This document shows, piece after piece, positions 29,477 to 38,755 of a stretch of DNA of 64,000 nucleotides. Source of the stretch: an uncultured virus (IMG/VR IMGVR_UViG_3300046532_001410) (Duplodnaviria; Heunggongvirae; Uroviricota; Caudoviricetes). How positions within the stretch are numbered: the stretch's first letter is position 1; every line of letters starts with the position of its first letter. The notes under the pieces are model-generated. The model was given only the letters and a program-made list of their open reading frames with translations. It made no database searches and was not told where the DNA came from. The translations under genes and the position numbers were made by a program. Where the stretch lies: IMG/VR virus record IMGVR_UViG_3300046532_001410; one strand, written 5' to 3'.

Positions 29477-29959
29477 ATGTTAATTACATTTAACGAGATA
29501 ATAGAAGTAACACTACACCACGAAGGTGGTTACGTCCACGACCCAACAGACTTGGGCGGGGAAACTAACTTCGGTATAACAAAAAGATTTTACCCAGATG
29601 TAGATATAAAAAACCTTACAAAAGAAGGTGCTAAAGAAATCTATAAACAAGATTACTGGGATAAGAATAAAGTAGGTTACCTAACAGATGATTTAAAACA
29701 TATCTTTTTTGATATGTGTGTGAATCAAGGTAGGGGAACTGCAGTAAAAATTTTACAACGAGCGTGTAACGCAAAGGGTGCAGATTTAGCTATTGATGGT
29801 GGATTCGGACCTGGAACAAGAGGTGCGGTTGAAACATACAAACCATCACTCGACAGGGTTCGTTGTTACAGATTAAAACATTACTATGATTTAGTAAATA
29901 AAAAACCAGAACAAGAAAGGTTTTTATTCGGTTGGTATCGTAGAGCATTATCAGTCTAA
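29477..29959 (+). CDS. Glycoside hydrolase family 108 lysozyme with C-terminal peptidoglycan-binding segment (endolysin candidate)
   Basis: HEGGYVHDPTDLGGETNFGIT, FDMCVNQG, DGGFGPGT and FLFGWYRR; AGGAG before ATG 29477. Confidence 0.9.
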   Translation: MLITFNEIIEVTLHHEGGYVHDPTDLGGETNFGITKRFYPDVDIKNLTKEGAKEIYKQDYWDKNKVGYLTDDLKHIFFDMCVNQGRGTAVKILQRACNAKGADLAIDGGFGPGTRGAVETYKPSLDRVRCYRLKHYYDLVNKKPEQERFLFGWYRRALSV

Positions 29960-30279
29960 TGGCTGGAGATTGTTATCAAGCAAATGGTAATTTTATCATT
30001 ACTAAAATGAATGATAAATCATTTAAACTATGTCATGGAGTTGCAATATTAGCAACAGACGGAAAACCATTTGGACATTGTTGGGTAGAAAAAAGTAATA
30101 GTTTAGTAATGGACTTTTCAAATGGTAAGAAAATAGCATTATCAAAAAAGAAATATTATGAATTAGGTGGAATACCCGTTAAAGGATATAAGGTACATTC
30201 TTATACAGGAAAAGAAGCAGCAAATAAAATGGTAAAATTAGGCCATTGGGGGCCTTGGGATTCCAACGCACCGAGATAA
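29959..30279 (+). CDS. Hypothetical protein, possible Cys-His-Asp (transglutaminase-like) fold
   Basis: GDCY...CHG...GHCWVE...MDFS. Confidence 0.45.
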   Translation: MAGDCYQANGNFIITKMNDKSFKLCHGVAILATDGKPFGHCWVEKSNSLVMDFSNGKKIALSKKKYYELGGIPVKGYKVHSYTGKEAANKMVKLGHWGPWDSNAPR

Positions 30280-30282
30280 ATT

Positions 30283-30639
30283 ATGATTAAGTTAATGGAT
30301 ATAGTAAAAGAAATAAGTGCTAATGGTAATCACCATTCTGCAGATGCTGGTGAACCAGATACAGGGTTTTCACCTGCAGGACAATCAAGAATATTGGGTG
30401 TTGATAGTAGTAAACCAGAGCCTTGGTATGATAAGGGTGGATACGCACAATTAGATTTTCCAAAAGCAGATGACCCATATGGTGGGAAGAGAGATAAGAA
30501 AACATTACAAGTACAGGTAATTAAAAGAATTATAAATACTGGTGAAAAGTATGAGGGATTTCAAGCTGCGGTAGGCAGTTGGGATAAATATGGTGATAAA
30601 GATTATTCAACGGATGGGTTTGATTACGGAGAAATATGA
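30283..30639 (+). CDS. Hypothetical protein with MIKL...KE leader (putative internal head protein)
   Basis: N-terminus MIKLMDIVKEI. Confidence 0.6.
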   Translation: MIKLMDIVKEISANGNHHSADAGEPDTGFSPAGQSRILGVDSSKPEPWYDKGGYAQLDFPKADDPYGGKRDKKTLQVQVIKRIINTGEKYEGFQAAVGSWDKYGDKDYSTDGFDYGEI

Positions 30640-31169
30640 TGGCAACATTTCACATAGATGAACCGAGAGAAATCGGAAAGAAAAAAGATAGATTATCATC
30701 AAGGGAAAAGAATATGGTAAAATTAATATCCAATGAAGCAGTAAATGAAGCCAGAGGAACTTGTTGGGTAGGATATACACAACTTGGCATGAAAGATAAG
30801 GGTGATAAGAAAGTTCCTAATTGTGTAAAGGAAGTTTTTGATATTTATTGGGAAAATCAAAATGAAAGTTGTGGATACACAATAGAAGTTGATACAGATA
30901 AAGATTTAAAAGAAGCAGAATATCAAGGTAGAAAAGTTAAACTTGGTAAACCAATGCAAGGTGATGCTAAAAAATTCAAAGTATATGTAAAAAATGATAA
31001 GGGTAATGTAGTTAAGGTTAACTTTGGTCAAGGTGGAGATGCTAAGGGTGGAACAATGAGGATTCGTAAAGATAATCCATCAGCTCGTAAATCTTTTAGA
31101 GCAAGACATAATTGTGATAATCCAGGCCCAAAACATAAAGCAAGATATTGGTCGTGTCGTAAATGGTAA
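30636..31169 (+). CDS. Modular basic protein (CW...VPNCV module and KSFRARHNC...ARYWSC module)
   Basis: Two Cys-containing basic modules, each preceded by xxE-A (VNEA, LKEA). Confidence 0.6.
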   Translation: MMATFHIDEPREIGKKKDRLSSREKNMVKLISNEAVNEARGTCWVGYTQLGMKDKGDKKVPNCVKEVFDIYWENQNESCGYTIEVDTDKDLKEAEYQGRKVKLGKPMQGDAKKFKVYVKNDKGNVVKVNFGQGGDAKGGTMRIRKDNPSARKSFRARHNCDNPGPKHKARYWSCRKW

Positions 31170-31173
31170 AAAA

Positions 31174-34100
31174 ATGAATAAACTTACAGAATGGTTAACT
31201 AAACCACTTATCAAAGAAATAGAACTACCAGTTAAAGTTGGTGATGTTGTCTTGATGGGTAGATTTAAGAACAAGAAGGTAGTTGTTAAGTCAATTACCT
31301 ATAATGAAAAGGGTGATTTACTTATCAATAAAAGACCTGCGTTAAAATTTAGACTTGCAAAACAAGATGGTAAAAAATTATTACCGATAAAAACTACCGA
31401 TAAAGGTTCTACCAACCCAGACCCCGACATGCGAGGTGCAGAGTTTAAAGGTGTTAGAGCTAATAAAAAAGAAAGTGTAAACGAAAACAAAATAGAGATT
31501 AATGTTCCAGGTGATATTAAAGGGTTGTATAGATTATTTAAGAAAAATAAAAAAGAATTATACCTTGTGGGTGGTGCAGTAAGAGATGCAATACTTGGCA
31601 AGAAACCAAAAGATTTTGATTTAGCAACTGATGCAAAACCAGATGAAGTATTAGCAATTGCAAAACAAGGTGGATTTAAAACAGTCGAGGTTGGTAAATC
31701 ATTTGGAGTAGTGATTGTGGGTGGACACGAAATTGCTACATTCAGAAAAGATATTGGTAAAGGTCGTAGACCAGATGCAGTAGATTTTTCTGATATACAA
31801 GGAGATGTTAAACGAAGAGATTTAACTATCAATGCTATGTTTTATGATATTGGAAGAAACGAAGTAGTTGATTTAACAGGTGGATTAAAAGATTTAAAAA
31901 ATAAATTAGTAAGGACTGTCGGTAATCCAAAAAGAAGATTTGATGAGGACCCATTAAGAAAGTTACGAGCATTGAGATTTCAAGCTGTTATTGGTGGGAA
32001 AATGGATAAAGATACTGAACAAGCATTATTAGATAATCCAAAATTAAATGGTGTGAGTGGTGAGAGAATCAAAGAAGAGTTTGTAAAGGGATTACAAAAG
32101 GGAAAATCATCAAAACAATTTATGGAAGCATGTGATAAGTTTAGTTTTACAAAACAAATATTCCCCAAGTTAAATATAACAAAACCTTATCCAAATGTCA
32201 AGGATTATATTTTATTTATTTCAACAATTTTAAGAAAGAATGATGTAACTAAGTTAGGTAAAACTTTAAATTCATTAAAGTATAGTGCTAAAGAAAGTAA
32301 TAACATTCAGTTCTTAGTTTATCTGAATAACTTTAAACCAGAAAATATTTATATGGTTAAAAAAGCACAACTGAAAACTACATTGACATCAAATCAAATT
32401 CAAGAGTATGGTACGTTAGTTGGTAAAGATTTAAAAAAACTATCTACATTTAAGTTAAGTGTAAAGGGTAGTGATATAGTTGGGCTAAAAGGAAAAGCTA
32501 TTGGTGATAAGATGAAAGATATGGAAAAGAAAAAGTTTTTAGGTGAAAGTACCGATAAGGCAAAGTTGTATAAACTTTATACCCAAGCCATGAAAATGAT
32601 GCCAGGCAGTCCAGCTCAAAAGAAAATTAGTAAGGAAATTGATAAGTTGAGAAAGAAACTTAAAATGAAAAATGAGTTTGCAATTCCATCACCAAGTAGA
32701 AAAGGTATTAATAAAAACAAAACTGATAGAATGAGTGGATATAAAAAGGTAGATGAAATAGCAGTTCGTAAGAAACCTAAAACATTCAGAGATATTTATA
32801 ACGCTATTCCAAGTGATTTAAAGAAACGAGTTATGAACCTTAAAAACTTTGACCAACGAAGAGATGCTCATCCAGAGGGTAATGTTTTAAAACATACCAT
32901 TGCTGTAACTAATAGAGCATTAAAAACTGGTGATATAGATTTTGCTTTATCAGCATTGTTTCACGATATAGGAAAAGATTCAACCGCAAAGATACATCCA
33001 AAGAAAGGTTTTTGGACACATTATGGACACGAGAAAGTTTCCGCCGAACTTGTATTGAAACACAAGAAGTGGATACAATCATTGGGTGGTGATGTTGATG
33101 ATATCCATTACATAGTAAAGAATCATATGAGAATGAAAGTATTTGATAAGATGAGATGGCACAAACAAGACAAGATGAGGAAAGATAAAGCATTTGGTAA
33201 GTTACAGAAGTTCACCACATTTGATAAAGGTGGTAGAGGTATAAGTGATGGAAAACTAAATGAGAAAACACTTGACTCTTATATGAAAAATGTCGTATAT
33301 TCTATCATAGAAGATGGGGATGTTGCAATCAATTTGAACGAGAATAAGATTAAAAAAGTAATAGGTATTTATGGTGGTAGATTTCAACCATTTGGCCCAC
33401 ATCACCTAAAAACATTTAAGTGGTTAGAGAAACAAGTAGATGATGCATATATCACTACATCTAATATAAAGCAACCACCAAGGCATCCAATGAACTATAA
33501 AGAGAAAGTTCGACATATGGTTAAAATGGGTGTACCTAAGAATAAAATTATTAACGAGAGAATACCATTAGTTGCTAAGACGTTACTTGGTAAGTTTGAC
33601 CCAGAAACTACTGCTGTAGTTTATATTTTCGGTAAGAAAGATGCAGGTAGAATAAAGGGTGGAAAGAAAACCGATGGTGGTTTAACTTATTTTCAAGATT
33701 ACAAAAAGAATATACGAAATATAAAAGGACATGGGGAACATGGTTATTATTTAGTTGCCCCACATATTAGTATGAGTGTAGGTGGTAAAGAGGTTTCGGG
33801 TACTACAATGAGAAATATTTTGGGTAGTCCCAAACTCGATGATAAGACAAGGCCAAAAGTATTTAAAAAGTTATTTGGGTATTATGATAAAGGTGTGTAC
33901 CAAATGATGACTAATAAATTTAAAAAGTTATTTGAATTTTATAATCAATCTTCAGTAAAAAATTTAATAAAGGAAGTTAGTGCATTGGGAAATCATTTTG
34001 ATGCAAAGATTTTTGATGATGAGGGATTGTATGATTTCTTTAATTCATTCTCGGATTATAAACGAGTATCCCCTAAACACGCAGAAATAATGGGGTGGGA

Positions 34101-35700
34101 AGTACTTAATGATATCATTGGTAAGAATGCAAAAGACCCTGGTTTTGATTTTAGTACATCTACAATAGATAGAGTATCCACCACCACATATGGTAGAACA
34201 ATAAACCAAGATACTAAAAATACTGATAGTGTGAGTAACCCATTTCCAAAATATAAAAAACATATGAGAAAGATTGTTGGAAAAATGGGGTGGGAAATTT
34301 TAAAGTTCTTTGGTGATAATAAACATAATAAGATGGCAGATTCACCAACACATGATATGGGAACTGCAACGGCAGGTAAGGGTAATTCGACTAAACCAGC
34401 ACCTACTAAAAAACTAAAAGATTTCCACGAAAGAATTGATATAACAGAACACACAAAGGAGTTATTACTTATGGGTGGAGCCTACGGACATATGAGTCAT
34501 CCTTTCGATGATAATAATCTTACATTTTCAGACTTGAAACAGATAGTTATTAATGGTATAGGGGGAAAGTTAGATAGAGAAGATGGTGTTACAGAGAAAC
34601 TTGATGGACAGAATTTAATGGTAAGTTGGATTGATGGGAAGTTAAGAGCAGCTCGTAATAAAGGACATTTAAAAAACTTTGGTAAAACTGCACCAACCAC
34701 AAGTGGAATAAAATCTATGTTTAGTGGTAGAGGTGAAATTGAAAAAGCTTTTGTAGGTGCTATGACAGATTTAGAAAAATCTATTGGTAGTTTGAGTGAT
34801 AAACAAAAAGATAAAGTATTCGGTAATGGTAAAAAATGGATGAATTTAGAGGTTATGTATCCAGCAACTGCAAATGTAATAGATTATGATATAGCAGAAA
34901 TTGTATTTCATGGTACATTAGAGTATGATGAGAGTGGAAAACCAATTGGACAACCAAAAGATAGTGCTAGAATGTTAGCAGGTATGATTAAACAAATGAA
35001 TCAACATATACAAAAGATGTTTAAGATTGGGAAACCAAACTTTTTGACTGTACCTAAACATCAAGACTTTAATAAATTGAAGAGTAAGTATTTAGGACAA
35101 TTAAAAAAACTACAATCTCAATATGGGTTAAAAGATAAAGATACATTGGGTGAATACCACGAGGCATATTGGAGAGAGTATATTTTTAACGCATCAAAAC
35201 AATTTAAGGTTAATTTAAAACCAAATCAGTTTATTAAGTTAGTAAGAAGATGGGCATTTTTTGATAAGAGTTATAAGATAGCAGAAATTAAAAAAGATTA
35301 TAAAGACAATCCTAAATTTATGGATTGGATATTATCAACAGATAAACAAGACCATAAGAAAATTTTTAAGGATAATATTAAACCATTCGAGGTATTATTC
35401 TTTTCAGTTGGTGCAGAGATATTAAAAAATATTCAAGGATATATTGCTGTATCACCTAAGAAATCAGTACAGAAGATTCGTAAAGAAATGTTAAGTGCAT
35501 TAAAGGATTTACAGAGTGGCGGTAACGTAGAAAAGTTAAAGAAGTTAAAAATACAAATTGAGAAACTACAAGCAATTGGTGGGTTGGATTCAGTTGTACC
35601 AAGTGAGGGTATAGTGTTTAAGTATAAAGGAAACATATATAAGTTCACAGGTGCATTTGCTCCAATTAATCAGATACTTGGTAGTATAAAATTTGGATAG
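31174..35700 (+). CDS. Multidomain polyprotein: CCA-adding/polyA-polymerase nucleotidyltransferase + HD hydrolase + HIGH-type (NMNAT/cytidylyltransferase-like) domain + ATP-dependent ligase-like domain
   Basis: LVGGAVRD/KDFDLAT/RRDLTINA/EDPLRKLRALRF (class II NTase); HPEG...HT...FHDIGK...GHE (HD); GGRFQPFGPHH...VSGTTMR; TEKLDG...NLEV...EGIVF...YKFTG. ATG 31174 preferred. Confidence 0.88.
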   Translation: MNKLTEWLTKPLIKEIELPVKVGDVVLMGRFKNKKVVVKSITYNEKGDLLINKRPALKFRLAKQDGKKLLPIKTTDKGSTNPDPDMRGAEFKGVRANKKESVNENKIEINVPGDIKGLYRLFKKNKKELYLVGGAVRDAILGKKPKDFDLATDAKPDEVLAIAKQGGFKTVEVGKSFGVVIVGGHEIATFRKDIGKGRRPDAVDFSDIQGDVKRRDLTINAMFYDIGRNEVVDLTGGLKDLKNKLVRTVGNPKRRFDEDPLRKLRALRFQAVIGGKMDKDTEQALLDNPKLNGVSGERIKEEFVKGLQKGKSSKQFMEACDKFSFTKQIFPKLNITKPYPNVKDYILFISTILRKNDVTKLGKTLNSLKYSAKESNNIQFLVYLNNFKPENIYMVKKAQLKTTLTSNQIQEYGTLVGKDLKKLSTFKLSVKGSDIVGLKGKAIGDKMKDMEKKKFLGESTDKAKLYKLYTQAMKMMPGSPAQKKISKEIDKLRKKLKMKNEFAIPSPSRKGINKNKTDRMSGYKKVDEIAVRKKPKTFRDIYNAIPSDLKKRVMNLKNFDQRRDAHPEGNVLKHTIAVTNRALKTGDIDFALSALFHDIGKDSTAKIHPKKGFWTHYGHEKVSAELVLKHKKWIQSLGGDVDDIHYIVKNHMRMKVFDKMRWHKQDKMRKDKAFGKLQKFTTFDKGGRGISDGKLNEKTLDSYMKNVVYSIIEDGDVAINLNENKIKKVIGIYGGRFQPFGPHHLKTFKWLEKQVDDAYITTSNIKQPPRHPMNYKEKVRHMVKMGVPKNKIINERIPLVAKTLLGKFDPETTAVVYIFGKKDAGRIKGGKKTDGGLTYFQDYKKNIRNIKGHGEHGYYLVAPHISMSVGGKEVSGTTMRNILGSPKLDDKTRPKVFKKLFGYYDKGVYQMMTNKFKKLFEFYNQSSVKNLIKEVSALGNHFDAKIFDDEGLYDFFNSFSDYKRVSPKHAEIMGWEVLNDIIGKNAKDPGFDFSTSTIDRVSTTTYGRTINQDTKNTDSVSNPFPKYKKHMRKIVGKMGWEILKFFGDNKHNKMADSPTHDMGTATAGKGNSTKPAPTKKLKDFHERIDITEHTKELLLMGGAYGHMSHPFDDNNLTFSDLKQIVINGIGGKLDREDGVTEKLDGQNLMVSWIDGKLRAARNKGHLKNFGKTAPTTSGIKSMFSGRGEIEKAFVGAMTDLEKSIGSLSDKQKDKVFGNGKKWMNLEVMYPATANVIDYDIAEIVFHGTLEYDESGKPIGQPKDSARMLAGMIKQMNQHIQKMFKIGKPNFLTVPKHQDFNKLKSKYLGQLKKLQSQYGLKDKDTLGEYHEAYWREYIFNASKQFKVNLKPNQFIKLVRRWAFFDKSYKIAEIKKDYKDNPKFMDWILSTDKQDHKKIFKDNIKPFEVLFFSVGAEILKNIQGYIAVSPKKSVQKIRKEMLSALKDLQSGGNVEKLKKLKIQIEKLQAIGGLDSVVPSEGIVFKYKGNIYKFTGAFAPINQILGSIKFG

Positions 35701-35708
35701 GAGTTATA

Positions 35709-36290
35709 ATGGCAAATTATAGTAAAGATATGGATAGACAAAACAAAGCCTTAAAGGATTTGATGTCTGGTAAAGAATATGAAAAAGATTATGTACAAGT
35801 AGGATACGAGGGAAAACCTGACAAGAACTTACAAGGTAAAACTCGTGAGACTAAAATGACAGGAATAATGAAAGATGTGAGAATGCCTTGGTTTTGTCCA
35901 TCTTGTAAAAAAACAATGAAGAAAAAACTTGATACTAAGTTTTGGAGAACTAAAGGACATTGTTTTGATTGTCAGATTGAGTTTGAAAATAAACTACGAT
36001 TAACGGGAGAGTTTGAGCATTATGCACGAACACTTGAATTGGAGAATAGAAAATCATATGTAAGAGATATGAAACAATCACTTGTAGAATATGAACAGAC
36101 TGAGGGTAAAGCAGAGTTTTTTAATTCAGTTGGAGTTAAAGATGTAGAACTCGAAAGTGAAAAATGGGACATGGGTAAAGAAAAATTTGGTGCCATAGTT
36201 CAAGAAGCAAAAGATTATATAGATAAATTAGAGGAGGCTATAGATGAGGAATCAAAGGAGATTGCTGCTGCCAGAAAATCTAATAATTGA
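35709..36290 (+). CDS. Hypothetical zinc-finger protein
   Basis: FCPSC...HCFDC; GGAG upstream. Confidence 0.65.
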   Translation: MANYSKDMDRQNKALKDLMSGKEYEKDYVQVGYEGKPDKNLQGKTRETKMTGIMKDVRMPWFCPSCKKTMKKKLDTKFWRTKGHCFDCQIEFENKLRLTGEFEHYARTLELENRKSYVRDMKQSLVEYEQTEGKAEFFNSVGVKDVELESEKWDMGKEKFGAIVQEAKDYIDKLEEAIDEESKEIAAARKSNN

Positions 36291-36510
36291 GATAATGGGT
36301 ATGGTGGCACAATTGGGAAATGTAGCTGCAGATTATCATAAAAAGATTAATAGTGATGATACAGAAAATGTAACAAAAGTGTACCAACGCATTATAGAAA
36401 GACTTATGGATTTGACTGAGTATGATGAAGCTCAGCCAAAATCATTTGAACAAATGCTTTACGATAGTGGAGTTAAATTACCTGAAGGAGATAACAATGG
36501 GAATCATTGA
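36244..36510 (+). CDS. Hypothetical protein (start uncertain)
   Basis: 88-aa ORF bridging its neighbours on the coding strand. Confidence 0.5.
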   Translation: MRNQRRLLLPENLIIEIMGMVAQLGNVAADYHKKINSDDTENVTKVYQRIIERLMDLTEYDEAQPKSFEQMLYDSGVKLPEGDNNGNH

Positions 36511-36778
36511 AACGATAATGAATCTATTTTTTGGTGGAAAGAAAAAAGAAGAAATCAAAAAGCTAGATAAGGCAATAGAAGTAAAAAATGAAGAAGTAAC
36601 TAAACTTGAAGAAGAAGTAGTGAAACTTGAAAAGAAGAAAAAAGTCAACAAGAAAGAAGTTGGTAACCTTAAACGAAAAGTAACTAATACTAAGAAACAA
36701 ATAGAAAAAGCTAAAAAAGCATCAGATGTACAAGATGTTGATGAAGCCTTAAAATATTTGAAGAAATTTAGTAAGTAG
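36497..36778 (+). CDS. Lys/Glu-rich coiled-coil protein with short hydrophobic N-terminus
   Basis: AAGGAG before ATG 36497; MGIIETIMNLFFGG followed by a heptad-rich tail. Confidence 0.6.
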   Translation: MGIIETIMNLFFGGKKKEEIKKLDKAIEVKNEEVTKLEEEVVKLEKKKKVNKKEVGNLKRKVTNTKKQIEKAKKASDVQDVDEALKYLKKFSK

Positions 36779-36779
36779 T

Positions 36780-36787
36780 ATATTTAT
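36780..36787 (+). promoter_or_regulatory. ATATTTAT motif, putative late promoter
   Basis: In a 13-nt intergenic gap, 4 nt before ATG 36792. Confidence 0.55.
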
Positions 36788-36791
36788 ATAT

Positions 36792-37172
36792 ATGAGATAT
36801 TTTATATACATAGTATTTTTGTTTAGTGTTCTTCTTGGTCAAACTGAAGAAACCATAACATTGCCTAAGGCAGATGTGATTGAGTGGGCAAATAGACTAC
36901 AAGGGTTTGAAAAAGCTGATAGTTTATCCCAAATTGTTATATCTGATTTAGAAAGTGTAGTATTGAAGTTAGAAGAGAATGCATATATGGATTCTTTAAT
37001 AATAGAAAAACGACAATTACAGATGCTGTTACTTAAAGAAACAAACGAACTTTATAAAGATAAAGTGAAACTTGTGAAACCTAAGTGGCATGAGAATAAG
37101 TGGTTATGGTTTGTATATGGTGTAAGTGCTACGGCAGTTTCAGTTAACCTTGCAGGACAGATAACAAACTAA
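36792..37172 (+). CDS. Membrane protein with signal peptide, coiled coil and C-terminal hydrophobic segment (spanin-like candidate)
   Basis: MRYFIYIVFLFSVLLG signal; KPKWHENKWLWFVYGVSATAV C-terminus. Confidence 0.5.
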   Translation: MRYFIYIVFLFSVLLGQTEETITLPKADVIEWANRLQGFEKADSLSQIVISDLESVVLKLEENAYMDSLIIEKRQLQMLLLKETNELYKDKVKLVKPKWHENKWLWFVYGVSATAVSVNLAGQITN

Positions 37173-38743
37173 TGGCCGAACAATTAAAAGATGTGATTAA
37201 ACAGGAGTACATTAAATGTGCACAAGACCCTGTCTATTTTTTGATGAAGTATTGTATGATACAACATCCAATCAAAGGGAAAATTCCATTTGCATTGTAT
37301 GATTTTCAACAAGAAACAGTCAAGCAGTTTGTGGATAATAGGTTTAGCGTAATTTTAAAAGCTCGTCAGTTGGGTATCAGTACATTAACTGCTGGATACT
37401 CTTTGTGGATGATGACATTCTTTCAAGATAAGAATATATTAGTGATTGCAACTAAACAAGATACTGCTAAAAACCTTGTCACGAAGGTTCGTGTTATGCA
37501 TGCAAACTTACCTACATGGTTGAAACAAAGATGTACTGAGGATAACAAATTGAACCTTAGATACACCAATGGTTCACAAATAAAAGCAAGTGCAAGTGGA
37601 CCAGAAGGCGCTCGTTCCGAAGCATTATCATTATTGATATTGGACGAAGCAGCATTTATCGATAAGATAGATGGTATATGGACTGCATCACAACAAACAT
37701 TGACAACTGGTGGTAGTTGTATTGCTCTTTCTACACCAAATGGTGTTGGTAATTGGTTTCATAGAACGTGGGTAGATGCAGAAGAAGGTAGAGGAGTGTT
37801 TAGTGATATCAAACTTCATTGGAGTGTACATCCAGATAGACATCAAGAATGGAGAGATGAACAAGATACCTTATTAGGAATACAAGGTGCAGCACAAGAG
37901 TGTGATTGTGATTTTATTACTTCAGGTACTTCAGTAATTGATGGTGTATTGTTGGAGAATATGAAAAAAAATGTATGTAAAGACCCCGTTGAAAAAAGAG
38001 GGATGGATGGTAACTTGTGGATATGGCAACCACCAAACTATACGAGAGATTATATCGTATGTGCTGATGTTGGTAGGGGTGATGGAAAAGATTATAGTGC
38101 GTTCCATGTCATTGATGTGGAGAGTGTAGAACAAGTTGCTGAATATAAAGGTAGGTTAAGTACAAAAGATTTTGGTAATATGTTAGTGAGTATTTCAACG
38201 GAATATAATGATGCTTTACTAATTATAGAAAACAATAACATTGGTTGGGCAACAATCCAACAAGTAATAGATAGGGATTATGATAATCTATTCTATACAA
38301 GTAAAGATTTAAAATATATCGATATTGCACATCAAATGACAAATCGATTTAGAAGTGAAGAAAAGAATATGGTGGCTGGATTTAGTACCACTATGAGAAC
38401 TCGACCTTTGATTATTGCAAAGTTAGAGGAATATTTTAGGAACGAAGAAGTACAAGTTCGTTCAAACAGATTGATAGATGAATTGTTTACATTTATTTAT
38501 CACAATAACCGAGCAGAAGCTATGTCAGGATATAATGATGACTTAGTAATGTCTTTTGCTATAGGTTTATGGGTTCGTGATACTGCATTAAGATTACGAC
38601 AAGAAGGCGTAGAATTAACTAAGAAATCCCTTAATCGTATGTTAGATACGGATGGGCTTTATACACCCAACGAAAATAAAAACGATAGTTGGGAAATGGA
38701 AATTGGTAACAAAGAGAAGGAGTCATTAGAATGGCTCTTATAA
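37172..38743 (+). CDS. terL: Terminase large subunit (T4 gp17-like)
   Basis: KARQLGIST (Walker A), LILDEAAF (Walker B) and STPNG; nuclease ADVGRGDG.DYS and NDDLVMS. Confidence 0.96.
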   Translation: MAEQLKDVIKQEYIKCAQDPVYFLMKYCMIQHPIKGKIPFALYDFQQETVKQFVDNRFSVILKARQLGISTLTAGYSLWMMTFFQDKNILVIATKQDTAKNLVTKVRVMHANLPTWLKQRCTEDNKLNLRYTNGSQIKASASGPEGARSEALSLLILDEAAFIDKIDGIWTASQQTLTTGGSCIALSTPNGVGNWFHRTWVDAEEGRGVFSDIKLHWSVHPDRHQEWRDEQDTLLGIQGAAQECDCDFITSGTSVIDGVLLENMKKNVCKDPVEKRGMDGNLWIWQPPNYTRDYIVCADVGRGDGKDYSAFHVIDVESVEQVAEYKGRLSTKDFGNMLVSISTEYNDALLIIENNNIGWATIQQVIDRDYDNLFYTSKDLKYIDIAHQMTNRFRSEEKNMVAGFSTTMRTRPLIIAKLEEYFRNEEVQVRSNRLIDELFTFIYHNNRAEAMSGYNDDLVMSFAIGLWVRDTALRLRQEGVELTKKSLNRMLDTDGLYTPNENKNDSWEMEIGNKEKESLEWLL

Positions 38744-38755
38744 GCGAGGTAAAAA

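Noticed and set aside
31299..31832. 177-aa minus-strand ORF and the other short minus-strand or nested ORFs in the track
   Set aside because: They lie within or across well-supported + strand genes and show no recognisable motifs or RBS.
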